Assembly: GCF_004010195.1 (NCBI RefSeq) | Contig: NC_057758.1 | Span: 210,079 to 230,078, forward strand | DNA length: 20,000 nucleotides | Direction: 5' to 3' | Origin: Chiloscyllium plagiosum | Lineage: Eukaryota | Shown here: positions 9,036-19,539 of the stretch, piece by piece | Layout: every line of letters begins with the position of its first letter | How positions within the stretch are numbered: position 1 is the stretch's first letter | Notes under the pieces: generated by a model | Told to the model about the DNA's origin: nothing | The model's database searches: none | The model's input: only the letters and a program-made list of their open reading frames with translations | Translations under genes and position numbers: made by a program

Positions 9036-9506
9036 TGTCCAATCATGTAAAAATACATTTGACAGACTGAAAGCTGTGTTAACTGCTGCTGCATTCTTGG
9101 TCACAACAAATTACTCAAAGCAATTCAATGCGGCTCTTGATGCGAGTGATGTGCGTGTTGTTGCTGTGCTCTCACAAGAAGATGTCGATAAGTTAGAAAG
9201 ACCAAACCGGTATTTGTCCAGGAAATTGAACATTCATCAGTCGCAGTATTCGACTGTTGAGAAGTGGACTTTGACCCTGTTGTTGGCGTGATAATATTTT
9301 CATGTTCATGTTCCCAGTAATGTATCTGAGACAATCATTTACACTAACCATAACCCACTGAGGTTTGTGGAGAAATGTAAGGACAACTGCAGACTGCTTT
9401 AGATGGAGCTTGTTGTTAGAGACATTCAGTCTGAAAATTGTCTCCGTGGCAGGACGAGAAAACGTTTGCCGATGCATTGTCCAAACTTGGAAGAGAAAGG
9501 GAGGAG
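9036..9506 (+). mobile_element. Ty3/Gypsy RT-connection and RNase H remnant (copy 2)
   Basis: ORF 8878..9291 reads CKNTFDRLKAVLTAAAFLVTTNYSKQFNAALDASDVRVVAVLSQED...YLSRKLNIHQSQYSTVEKWTLTLLLA, followed by ADALSKL in another frame. Confidence 0.82.
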
Positions 9507-9513
9507 TTCAGTG

Positions 9514-9859
9514 CTAACTCTTGCATTCACCACCCCTGCGCGATGAAGGAAAGTGTGCCATATGCCTTCTTGACCACTCTGTCCACCTACGCTGCCATCT
9601 TCAGGGTACAATGGACCTAAACACCCAGATCTCTCTGCACATCAATTTTCCCCAGAACTTTTCCATTTACTGCATAGTTCGCTTTGGAACTGGATCTTCA
9701 GAAATGCATCATCTCACATTTGTCTGGATGGAACTGCACTTGCCAATTCGCCGTTCAACTCTCCAATCTGTCTGCATTCTGCTGTGTTATCTGACAATCA
9801 CCTTCACTGTCTGCTGCTCCACCAATCTTAGTGTCATCTGTGAACTTGCTAATCAGGCC
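9514..9859 (-). mobile_element. CR1-clade LINE RT fragment (copy 2)
   Basis: Near-identical to 1668-2013. Confidence 0.8.
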
Positions 9860-9887
9860 AGAGAAATGTGTACTGCACGAACAGTGT

Positions 9888-10627
9888 GGTGATTGGTGCA
9901 TGAATTTGGAAAAACGTCATTTAGTTGTGGCTACGTTTTGTGTTTCGAGAAATGCTAAGTTATTTTGCATTAAGTCCTGTAACAAATTTTGTCTCTTTTT
10001 ATTCTAATTGTTGTTCCTTGGCTCAAGGAGACTCTGAGCTTGATTGTTTTTTTTTCAGATGGACAATAAACTGGGACAGGCTCCATTCAGTCGTTTTTGT
10101 GACAGAGATGAAAAAGATTTTGTGAGGCCTTTAGTTTACATGTAAGCAGGCCAAAGTGGTCATGTTTTCGAAGTGATCTGTATAAAATGGGGGAGTGGTC
10201 AGCTCTCTATCTGAGCAGTTTCAGTCCCGTCTGACCTGTCAAGGAGTTCAACAGGGAGATGTGTGGAAGTTCTCTCCACCCCTCCTCTCTCTCTTTCTGC
10301 CCTTCAACTTCAAACTATAAACATGCATTCTATTTATACTGATTTTTAAAGGATAGTTAATTTGTTGGTTCTCTTGTGTATATTCGAAACAGCAGAATTA
10401 AGTCGAGTTTAGGTAGGCTGAGTTCTGTACGGGTTATTTATTCTGTTCTTTGTGTTTCATTGTGCAATTTTGAGAACAAAATGTTGTCTGTTTGAAAATC
10501 TAGTAGATAATCTAACTATTTTATTCCGGCTAATTCTCAGTGTACAAAAATCAAAATAAATTGCAAAGTTATGGTCTGGGACTGCCTGCTTAAGAATGCT
10601 TTGAGTGGTCTGGCAGAGTCCAAATCA
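9888..10627 (+). mobile_element. LTR (copy 2), with PPT and 5' part removed by a 451-bp deletion
   Basis: Matches 2493-3232 at offset 7395. Confidence 0.55.
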
Positions 10628-11063
10628 GTTCCCTTTTGATTATGTTTCGGTCAGTAATCTTGCAAATGATTTCTGTGTTACTGAAAGCGAAGTTGTTGAG
10701 CCACCTGTATCTCTCCTGTAATGTCCTCTGTGCACCTGCTTATGACAACTCGAAAACGGGTTTGGATTACTTTCCTGAAATTTTTGAGAGTGTCTGGTCT
10801 GGTCTGGTCCGTGACACACTCCACACAGTTCCGAATACAGCTTGAACCCTGCCTGATAATTCTCATCCTGCACAGTCCGAATTGTCCTTTGCCGCTTCCC
10901 ATTCAATGTCGCTTGACAGAATGCTTCAAGATGCAAAACCTTTCCTGCTGACTCCCAGTCCATACTGGCCCTTTCAAACAAACACATTCGCATTTACTCA
11001 CATGTTACACAAATCCAATTTGCACCAAATCACTCCAAATGAACATGAAGATCTTCCTGTTCA

Positions 11064-11563
11064 NNNNNNNNNNNNNNNNNNNNNNNNNNNNNNNNNNNNN
11101 NNNNNNNNNNNNNNNNNNNNNNNNNNNNNNNNNNNNNNNNNNNNNNNNNNNNNNNNNNNNNNNNNNNNNNNNNNNNNNNNNNNNNNNNNNNNNNNNNNNN
11201 NNNNNNNNNNNNNNNNNNNNNNNNNNNNNNNNNNNNNNNNNNNNNNNNNNNNNNNNNNNNNNNNNNNNNNNNNNNNNNNNNNNNNNNNNNNNNNNNNNNN
11301 NNNNNNNNNNNNNNNNNNNNNNNNNNNNNNNNNNNNNNNNNNNNNNNNNNNNNNNNNNNNNNNNNNNNNNNNNNNNNNNNNNNNNNNNNNNNNNNNNNNN
11401 NNNNNNNNNNNNNNNNNNNNNNNNNNNNNNNNNNNNNNNNNNNNNNNNNNNNNNNNNNNNNNNNNNNNNNNNNNNNNNNNNNNNNNNNNNNNNNNNNNNN
11501 NNNNNNNNNNNNNNNNNNNNNNNNNNNNNNNNNNNNNNNNNNNNNNNNNNNNNNNNNNNNNNN
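11064..11563. other. Assembly gap (500 N)
   Basis: A run of exactly 500 N. The round number suggests a scaffolding placeholder of unknown true size. Confidence 0.99.
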
Positions 11564-12769
11564 TCGAGGCCTTCAAGGTGTTAAGAGAGGGAATAACAGA
11601 TACTTGGGAGTGAGTTACAGACTGAAATCTAATTGAGGTGCTCAGAGTGTTTGAAAAAAGGAATAACAGGTACCCAGGGATGAGTTACACACTGGAATTA
11701 AATGAAGGGTTTCAGGATCATTCATAAAAACATTCACAGATGCGCTGGAGTGAGTTACAGTCTGAAACTAAATGAGGTGTTCAGGATGGTTTATATATAG
11801 AATAACAGATAACCCAGGAGTGAGTTACTGACTTGAATCTAATCGAGGGGCTTAGGGTGTTATATGTACGGAATAACAGATACCGGGATCGATCTACAGA
11901 TTGGAATCTAGTCGAGGGTTTCAGGGTGCTTTATGTACAGGATAACACATATCTGGGAGTGAGGCACTCACTGGAATCAACACAGAATAACAGACTGGAA
12001 TCTAAGGAAGGGTTTCAGGATCATTTATAAACAGAAGACCAGACACAGGGAAATGAGTTACAGAACGTAATCGAATTGAGGGATATGGGGTGGTTTATAT
12101 GTAGAATAACAGTTACCCTGGAGTAAGTTGCAGACCGGAATCTAATCGAGGTGGTTTATATATAGAATAATAAATACCTGGGAGTGAGCTACAGACTGGA
12201 TTGTAATCTAGGTGTTCCAGGTGGTTTACACACAGACTAACAGATAGCTGGGATTGCGTTACAGACTGGAATCTATCCGAAATATTTAGGGAGGTTTATA
12301 TACAGAATAACAGATGCGCAGGAGGGTGTTACAGACTGGCATCTCATTGATGCGTTCAGGACGGTTCACGTGCAGATATTTGAGAGTGGGCTGCCAACTG
12401 GAATCCAGTGGCGTGGTTCAGGTTTGTTTCTGTATAGAATAACAGATACCCAGGAGTGAGGTACAGACTAAAATCTACTCCACTGTTCAGATGGTTTATG
12501 CAAAATATAACAGATATCCCGGGCGTTATTTACAGACTAGAATCTCATCGAATGTTTCGGGATGGTGTCTGTTTTGAATAATAGAATCTGGGAGTGAGTT
12601 ACAGACTTCAATCTAATCTATGTGTTCAGGGTGGTTGTGTTCAGGGTGGTTTATGTATAGAGTAACAGATACCTGGAAGTGAGTTACAGACAGGAATTTT
12701 ATTGAGGCGTTCAGGGTAGGTAAACATGGAATAACAGATATCTGGGAATGATTTACAGATTAGAATCTA

Positions 12770-12990
12770 GATTAGATTACTTACAGTGTGGAAACAGGCC
12801 CTTCGGCCCAACAAGCTAACCTGCACATCTTTGGACTGTGGGAGGAAACCGGAGCACCCGGAGGAAACCCACGCAGACACGGGGAGAATGTGCAAACTCC
12901 ACACAGTCGGTCGCCTGAGGCGGGAATTGAACCCAGGTCTCTGGCGCTGTGAGGCAGCAGTGCTAACCACTGCGCCACCATGCCGCCCAC
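12770..12990 (-). mobile_element. tRNA-derived SINE (HE1/V-SINE-like), short and probably internally deleted, inserted in the satellite
   Basis: The minus strand has an A box TGGCGCAGTGG and B box GGTTCAATTCC, a central TCTCCCCGTGTCTGCGTGGGTTTCCTCCGGGTGCTCCGGTTTCCTCCCAC domain, and a LINE-type tail GGGCCGAAGGGCCTGTTTCCACACTGT followed by (AATCT)n. ATCTA flanks both sides (12765-12769, 12991-12995). Confidence 0.88.
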
Positions 12991-14040
12991 ATCTAATCCA
13001 AGGATTTGTGATAGAATAACAAGAATAAAAGATAACTGGGAGTGTGGTGCAGACTGGAATCTAATCGAGGAGTGTGGGGTGATGTATGTCGGATATATTA
13101 GATACCTTCGAGTGGGTTACAGACTGGGATGTAATCAGAGGGCTCAGTTACACAGAATAACAGCTTCCAAGAATTTAGTTACAGACTGGAATCTAATCGA
13201 GGGCTGCAAGGTGGTTTGTACATAGAATAACAGGTGCCAAGGAGTGTTTTGCAGACTGGAATCTTATCGATGTGTTCGGGTGGTTTATATATAGAATAAC
13301 AGATACCCAGGAGAGAGTTACAGACTGGAATCTAATCGAGGTATATAAGGTGATTCATATATAAAATATCAGGTATCTTTGTATGAGTTACTGACTGGAA
13401 TCTAACCAAGGAGTTCAGGAGGGTTTATACACAGAATAGCAGACACATGGGAAAGGGTTACAGAGTGAAATGCAATCAAGAGGTTCAGCGTTGTTCCCAG
13501 ACAGAATAACAGCTAGCTGGAATTAAGTTACAGACTGGAATCCAATCGAGTGGTTTAAGGTCTACAGATTGGAATCTAGTCGAGGATTTCAGGGTGCTTT
13601 ATGTACAGAATAACACATATCTGGGAGTGAGGCACCCACTGGAATCAAGTCAAGGGGTTCAGGATGGTTTATACACAGAATAACACGGATGGGGGAGTGA
13701 AGTACAGTCTAGAATCTACTCGAAGGCTCTGACAGTTTTTAGACAGAATAACAGATACGTGGCAGTGAGTAACAGACTGGAAGTTCAGCGTTGTTTATAT
13801 GTAGAATAACACATAATCAGATGTGAGTTACAGACTGGAATCCAGTCGAGATGTACAGGATGGCATACATAGAGAATAATAGGTATTAGTTACTGACTGG
13901 AATCTAATCGAGGGGTGTAGGATGGTTTATACACAGAATAACAGACTGGAATAGACTGGAATTAATGAAGGGCTTCAGGATCATTTATAAACAGAAGACC
14001 AGACACAGGGAAATGAGTTACAAAACGTAATCTAATTGAG

Positions 14041-16043
14041 GGATATGGGGTGGTTTATATGTAGAATAACAGTTACCCTGGAGTAAGTTGCAGACCGGAA
14101 TCTAACCGAGGTGTTCCGGGTGGTTTATATATAGAATAATAAATACCTGGGAGTAAACTACAGACTGGATTGTAATCTAGGTGTTCCAGGTAATTTACAC
14201 ACAGACTAACAGATAGCTGGGATTGCGTTGCAGGCTGGACTCTATTCAAATAACAGATGCGTAGGAGGGTGTTATAGACTGGCATCTAATTGATGCGTTC
14301 AGGACGGTTCACGTGCAGATATTTGAGAGTGAGCTGCCAACTGGAATCCAGTGGCGTGGTTCAGGTTTGTTTCTGTATAGAATAACAGATACCCAGGAGT
14401 GAGGTACAGGCTAGAATTTACATTTGCAGAGTGAAATGTAATCAAGAGTATCAGCATTGTTTCGAGAGAGAATTACAGATGGCTGGGAATTAAGTTACAG
14501 ACTGGAATCCAATCGAGGGGTTTAAGGTGGTTAGGAGAGAGAATAACGGATAGTTGGGAGTGAATTACAAACTGAAATCAGATTGAGGTGTTCAGGGTGG
14601 TCGACATAAGGAATAGCAGATCCCCAGGACTGAGGTACAGACTGGAATCAAATGAAGGGTTGCAGGATCGTTTATAAAGAGAATACCAGATACCTTGAAG
14701 TGAGTTACATAACAGAGTTATTGGAGGTGTTCAGGGTGTTTTCTATGCAGAGTAAGTTACAGACTCGAATCCAATTGAGGTGTTTAAGATGGTTTGTATG
14801 TCGAATAACAGATACTCAGGAGTAAGTTACTTTCTTGAAACTATTCGAGGTGTTCAGCGTGGTTTATACGTAGAATACCAGATGCACAGGAGTGAGTTAC
14901 AAATTGGAAATTAATCCTGTGAAGTGTGATAATTTATATATCTAACAACAGATACTTGGGACTGAGTTACAGACTGGAATATAAACAGCAGTTTGTAGTG
15001 GTTTATATGGAGAATGCTAGATATCTGAGAGTGTGTTGCAGGGATATGGGGTGGTTTATATGTAGAATAACAGTTACCCTGGAGTAAGTTGCAGACCGGA
15101 ATCTAACCGAGGTGTTCCGGGTGGTTTATATATAGAATAATAAATACCTGGGAGTAAACTACAGACTGGATTGTAATCTAGGTGTTCCAGGTAATTTACA
15201 CACAGACTAACAGATAGCTGGGATTGCGTTGCAGGCTGGACTCTATTCAAATAACAGATGCGTAGGAGGGTGTTATAGACTGGCATCTAATTGATGCGTT
15301 CAGGACGGTTCACGTGCAGATATTTGAGAGTGAGCTGCCAACTGGAATCCAGTGGCGTGGTTCAGGTTTGTTTCTGTATAGAATAACAGATACCCAGGAG
15401 TGAGGTACAGACTAGAATTTACATTTGCAGAGTGAAATGTAATCAAGAGTATCAGCATTGTTTCGAGAGAGAATTACAGATGGCTGGGAATTAAGTTACA
15501 GACTGGAATCCAATCGAGGGGTTTAAGGTGGTTAGGAGAGAGAATAACGGATAGTTGGGAGTGAATTGCAAATTGAAATCAGATTGAGGTGTTCAGGGTG
15601 GTCGACATAAGGAATAGCAGATCCCCAGGACTGAGGTACAGACTGGAATCAAATGAAGGGTTGCAGGATCGTTTATAAAGAGAATACCAGATACCTTGAA
15701 GTGAGTTACATAACAGAGTTATTGGAGGTGTTCAGGGTGTTTTCTATGCAGAGTAAGTTACAGACTCGAATCCAATTGAGGTGTTTAAGATGGTTTGTAT
15801 GTCGAATAACAGATACTCAGGAGTAAGTTACTTTCTTGAAACTATTCGAGGTGTTCAGCGTGGTTTATATGTAAAATACCAGGTACACAGGAGTGAGTTA
15901 CAAATTGGAAATTAATCCTGTGAAGTGTAATAATTTAGATATCTAACAACAGATACTTGGGACTGAGTTACAGACTGGAATATAAATAATAGGTTTGTAG
16001 TGGTTTATATAGAGAATACTAGATATCTGGGAGTGGGTTGCAG
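14041..16043. repeat. ~1-kb higher-order tandem duplication within the satellite
   Basis: 14041-15040 is nearly identical to 15042-16043. ORFs 14073..14285 and 15074..15286 translate identically (offset 1001). Confidence 0.92.
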
Positions 16044-17533
16044 AATCAAATCAAATCGAGGTGTTCGAGGTGGTTTACACATAGAATAACAAGGACCTGG
16101 GAGTGAGTTAGGGACTGGAATCCCGACGAGGGGCTCAATTTGTTTTTATGAATAGAATAATAGATACCTGGAATGAGTTACAAAGTGGAATTTAATTTAC
16201 GCTGTCAGGGTAGATTAAACTTGGAATAACAAATTCATGGGAATACGCTACAGGTTGGAATCTAATCCAGGAGTCTGTAATGTTCTATATATGGGTACCC
16301 AGGAGTGAGTTACAGACCGGAATCGAATCGAGGGACTCTGTGTGCCTTATACTGAGGAGAACAGATACCGGGGAGTGAGTTACAGCCTGGAATGAATTGC
16401 AGGCTGTCGTGTTTTTTTATGTACATAACAACAGATGACCAGCAGTGAGTTCCAGGCTAGAGATGTACAGGCTGGTGTTGAAATCGAGAATAACAGGTAT
16501 ACAGAACTGAATTACAGACTGGAATCTGATTTGTGGTTTATGTACAGAATAACAGATGTCTGGGAGTGAGTTTCCCAATGGAATTTTGTCAAGAGGTTCT
16601 GGGTGGTTTGTACACAGAATAACAGGTACCCAGGACTGTGTTGCAGACTCGAATCTAATCAAGTGGTTTGCGATGGTTTGTGTATGGAATAACAGATACC
16701 TCGAATTGGTTTACAGGCTGGAATTTAATTAACGCTCAGGCGTTTTTAAACATGGAATAACAGATACCTGGGAATGATGTACAGATTAGAAACTGGTCCA
16801 AGGGTTTGTGGTGTTTTATATGTACAGAATAACAGATATCTGCAAATTTGTTATAGACTAGAATCTAATCGAGGAGATCAGGGTGGTTTATATATAACAT
16901 ATAAAGGTACCTTTGAGTAAGTTACAGACTGTAATTATTTCGGCAGTTCAGTATGGTTTACATACAGAATAACATTTTCTGAGGATTTAGTTATGGCCTT
17001 GAATCTGATTGAGAGGTGCAAGGCTGTTTGTATATCGAATAACAGGGACCTGTGAGTGAGTTGCAGACTGGATCTAATCGTGGGCTTTGGGATGGTTTAA
17101 AAAAAAATTAACAACAGATTCCTGAGAGTTACTTACAGACTGGAATCTAATCTTGGGATTCATGATGATGATTTGTATATGGAATAACATCTAGCTGGGA
17201 ATGAGTTACAGATGGGTTCAATGTGGTATCGGAGTAACAGATAACTCGGAACGAGTTATAGACTGGAACCCATTTGAGGTGTTGAGGGTGCTCAATATAC
17301 CCAATAACAGATACCCAAGAGAGTGAGTTACAGAGAGGAACCGAATCGAGGGATTCAAATCAAATTAAACGAATTGTCCATCAACACTAAATTAAAGTTC
17401 ACACTCTGCCCATAGTAGTCTGTAAACCTATGAGATTTAGCAAACAGGTCTTCAACTGACACTTAAAATTTCATAAAGCTTTGAAAAACTCATAAATCTG
17501 TCAAATTAAGAAAACTAGCTTTAGCGACTTATG

Positions 17534-17933
17534 GAGTCATAGACATCTACAGCGCAGAAACAGACCCTTCAATCCAACTCACCCACGCGGACAAGATATC
17601 CTAAATTAATCTAGCCTGAATTCCCAATGTCCTTCGAAACCCTTGCTATTCGAATAGCCATCCAGATGCATTTTGCATGTTGTAATTATACCAGCCCCCA
17701 CCACTTCCTCATTCCAGGCAGGCAGGTCCCTCTGTGCCTCAGGTCCCTTTTAAGTCTCCCTTTCTCACCTTAAACTTTATGCTCCTCCAGTTCTGGACTC
17801 CCACACCTTAGGGAAAAGACCTTTTCTACTTGTCCTATTCATGCCCCTCATGACTTTATCAACCTTTCAGGTCACCTCTCAGCCATCTGATGCCCCAGGA
17901 GAAGCAACGCCGGCCTATTCAGCCTCTCCCTCT
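17534..17933 (-). mobile_element. CR1/HER1-like LINE 3' end, decayed
   Basis: GAGTCATAGACATCTACAGCGCAGAAACAGACCCTTC..TCCAACTC...CCATCCAGATGC...TGTTGTAATT.TACCAGCC.CCACCACTTCCTC...CTATTCAGCCTCTCCCT resembles the reverse-strand 3' end of elasmobranch CR1 LINEs. Recognised from memory. Confidence 0.65.
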
Positions 17934-18041
17934 CGTTTAAGGACTGCACTCCCCATCAAAGCTCATAAATCTGTTATGGTTCACACAAGCATCATTAACA
18001 CTCACTCAGGTTCGGACAATGCTCTTTACAGATTCGGATGA

Positions 18042-18177
18042 ATCATTCCTGAGGAAGGCCTTATGCCGGGAAGGTCGATTCACCTACTCCTCAGATGCTG
18101 CCTGACCTGCTGTGTTTTTCCAGCACCACACACCCTCGGCTCTGATCTCCAGCATCTGCAGTCCTCACTTTCTCCTA
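18042..18177 (+). mobile_element. Solo Penelope-like terminal fragment with degenerate hammerhead-like core
   Basis: TCATTCCTGAGGAAGGCCTTATGCCGGGAAGGTCGATT...CTCCTCAGATGCTGCCTGACCTGCTGTGTTTTTCCAGCACCAC aligns with 8951-9035 and with the reverse complement of 6930-7015. Confidence 0.7.
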
Positions 18178-19493
18178 ATGCTCTTAACAGCCGATTAATT
18201 GGTCATATTAAGCAAACGTATCTGCTCCGCCCATTTAAAATGCCACACTGACATTGAACGTCCACTCTCGAGATGGTCAATAATCTCTGGCCAACCAGTG
18301 CTGCTGACATCCCATGAGTGAATTGAATAATTTTAGATGGCACTTTCTGGTGACCCCTCAGAAAATTCTGCTGTGAAGTCTTACAAATCCGTCAAATTAA
18401 GCAAATTAAAAACCCATTTAGGAAACTCACTATCATTCGTCATGGCTAGCATTTCGGGTTGGAGAATGCACTTTTACAGCTCATAAAATGTCATAATAAG
18501 CAATAATAATAAGCAAATGTCATAATCACTAGTTACCTTAAATAGCAAAGAAGTCTTTCACTAACACAGAACATGGCATAATACCTCTCTTGGCTCATAA
18601 ATATGTGAAATTAAGTGAACAAATGGTGAATCTATCAAATTAAGAAGACAGATGCCCATCACCCACTTACGAGAGCAAACCTCTTGAACAGTTCATAAAC
18701 CTGTCAAGTTGAGCAAACGGAAAGTCAAAACTCACTTGAGATTGGAGACTGATTTCAACATCGTGTAAATCTGTTGAATTTCACAAGCAGAAATTTACTG
18801 CCCACTAAAAGTAGCACGCAGATCTTGAAATCTCAACATTTGCCAAATTAAGCAACCAGAATTTCAACAGCCATTTATGATTCCAACACCCCTCCCTCCA
18901 CCCCCTCCCTTTTAACAGATCTGGCATATGTGAAATGAAGTGGCCAGTCTATCAATACGCTTGTAAGATGGCATTCTAGCCGTATCAATTTACCCACGTT
19001 TCAGATTTAGCAAAACAAATGACTGACACACTTAAAATGCCATAATTCTTTAACAGCTCATACGTCTATTAAATTAAATAAATATGAACATCAAATTCCA
19101 TTTAAGAAGCATAGAATTACTCACAGCTCACACATCCATCAGGTTTAACGCGCATCTATGTTCAAACTCCATTTAAGTCAGGATAATGCACTTAACAGGT
19201 CATCAATCTGGTAGATATATCATTCAGGCGTTCATCGTACATTTAATATAAAAAATCTCTTAACAGCTCATAAATATGCCAAATTAAGCACACAGAACTT
19301 CGACACCTATACAAAATATCACACCTGTCTCAATCGCCTCTTAAATATGTCAAATTAAGAAAACAGATTTTCAAAATGTCCATACAACAGCATATTTCAT
19401 GACTTAATGGCTCATGTGTCACGTTAACAAACAGATCTTCACCAACCACTGAAGGAATGATGCTGCTCATAAATCTGTCAAATTAAGATGTTC

Positions 19494-19509
19494 ACTGTTA
19501 CTCTTGCAG
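19494..19509 (+). promoter_or_regulatory. 3' splice acceptor upstream of perforin B start
   Basis: CTGTTACTCTTGCAG|ATTC ends 30 nt before the ATG at 19540, equivalent to the paralog A acceptor. Confidence 0.7.
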
Positions 19510-19539
19510 ATTCGCTGTTGGACCCACCAGCGGAGCAAA

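Larger units (their letters stand above)
7643..11063 (+). repeat. Segmental/tandem duplication copy 2, ending at the assembly gap
   Basis: Matches 1-3668. It carries an extra 202 bp (8888-9089) and lacks 451 bp (copy-1 positions 2042-2492). Confidence 0.95.
11564..17355. repeat. ~70-bp satellite array, roughly 80 diverged monomers
   Basis: Approximate consensus GAATAACAGATACCTGGGAGTGAGTTACAGACTGGAATCTAATCGAGGGGTTCAGGGTGGTTTATATATA. GAATAACAG recurs at 11591, 11661, 11800, 11871 and onward. Confidence 0.93.
17370..19490 (+). repeat. Old degenerate AT-rich tandem array (~70-bp period) upstream of perforin B, interrupted by LINE and PLE fragments
   Basis: TTAACAGCTCATAAATCTGTCAAATTAAGCAAACAGA-like motifs recur, with AAATTAAG variants near 18637, 18705, 18776, 18845, 18932, 19002, 19071, 19141, 19281, 19352 and 19480. 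Confidence 0.7.

Noticed and set aside
10882..11613. Long ORFs of 243, 181 and 171 aa
   Set aside because: They are artefacts of translating through the 500-N gap.
12920..12990. tRNA gene
   Set aside because: The A and B boxes belong to the SINE head; it continues into a SINE body and LINE-type tail.
14073..15286. Two identical 70-aa ORFs as a tandem gene pair
   Set aside because: They are chance ORFs in satellite DNA, identical because of the 1001-bp duplication.
11564..17355. CRISPR-like array of regularly spaced repeats
   Set aside because: The whole 70-bp unit is repeated with no unique spacers, there are no cas genes, and the context is vertebrate. It is a satellite.
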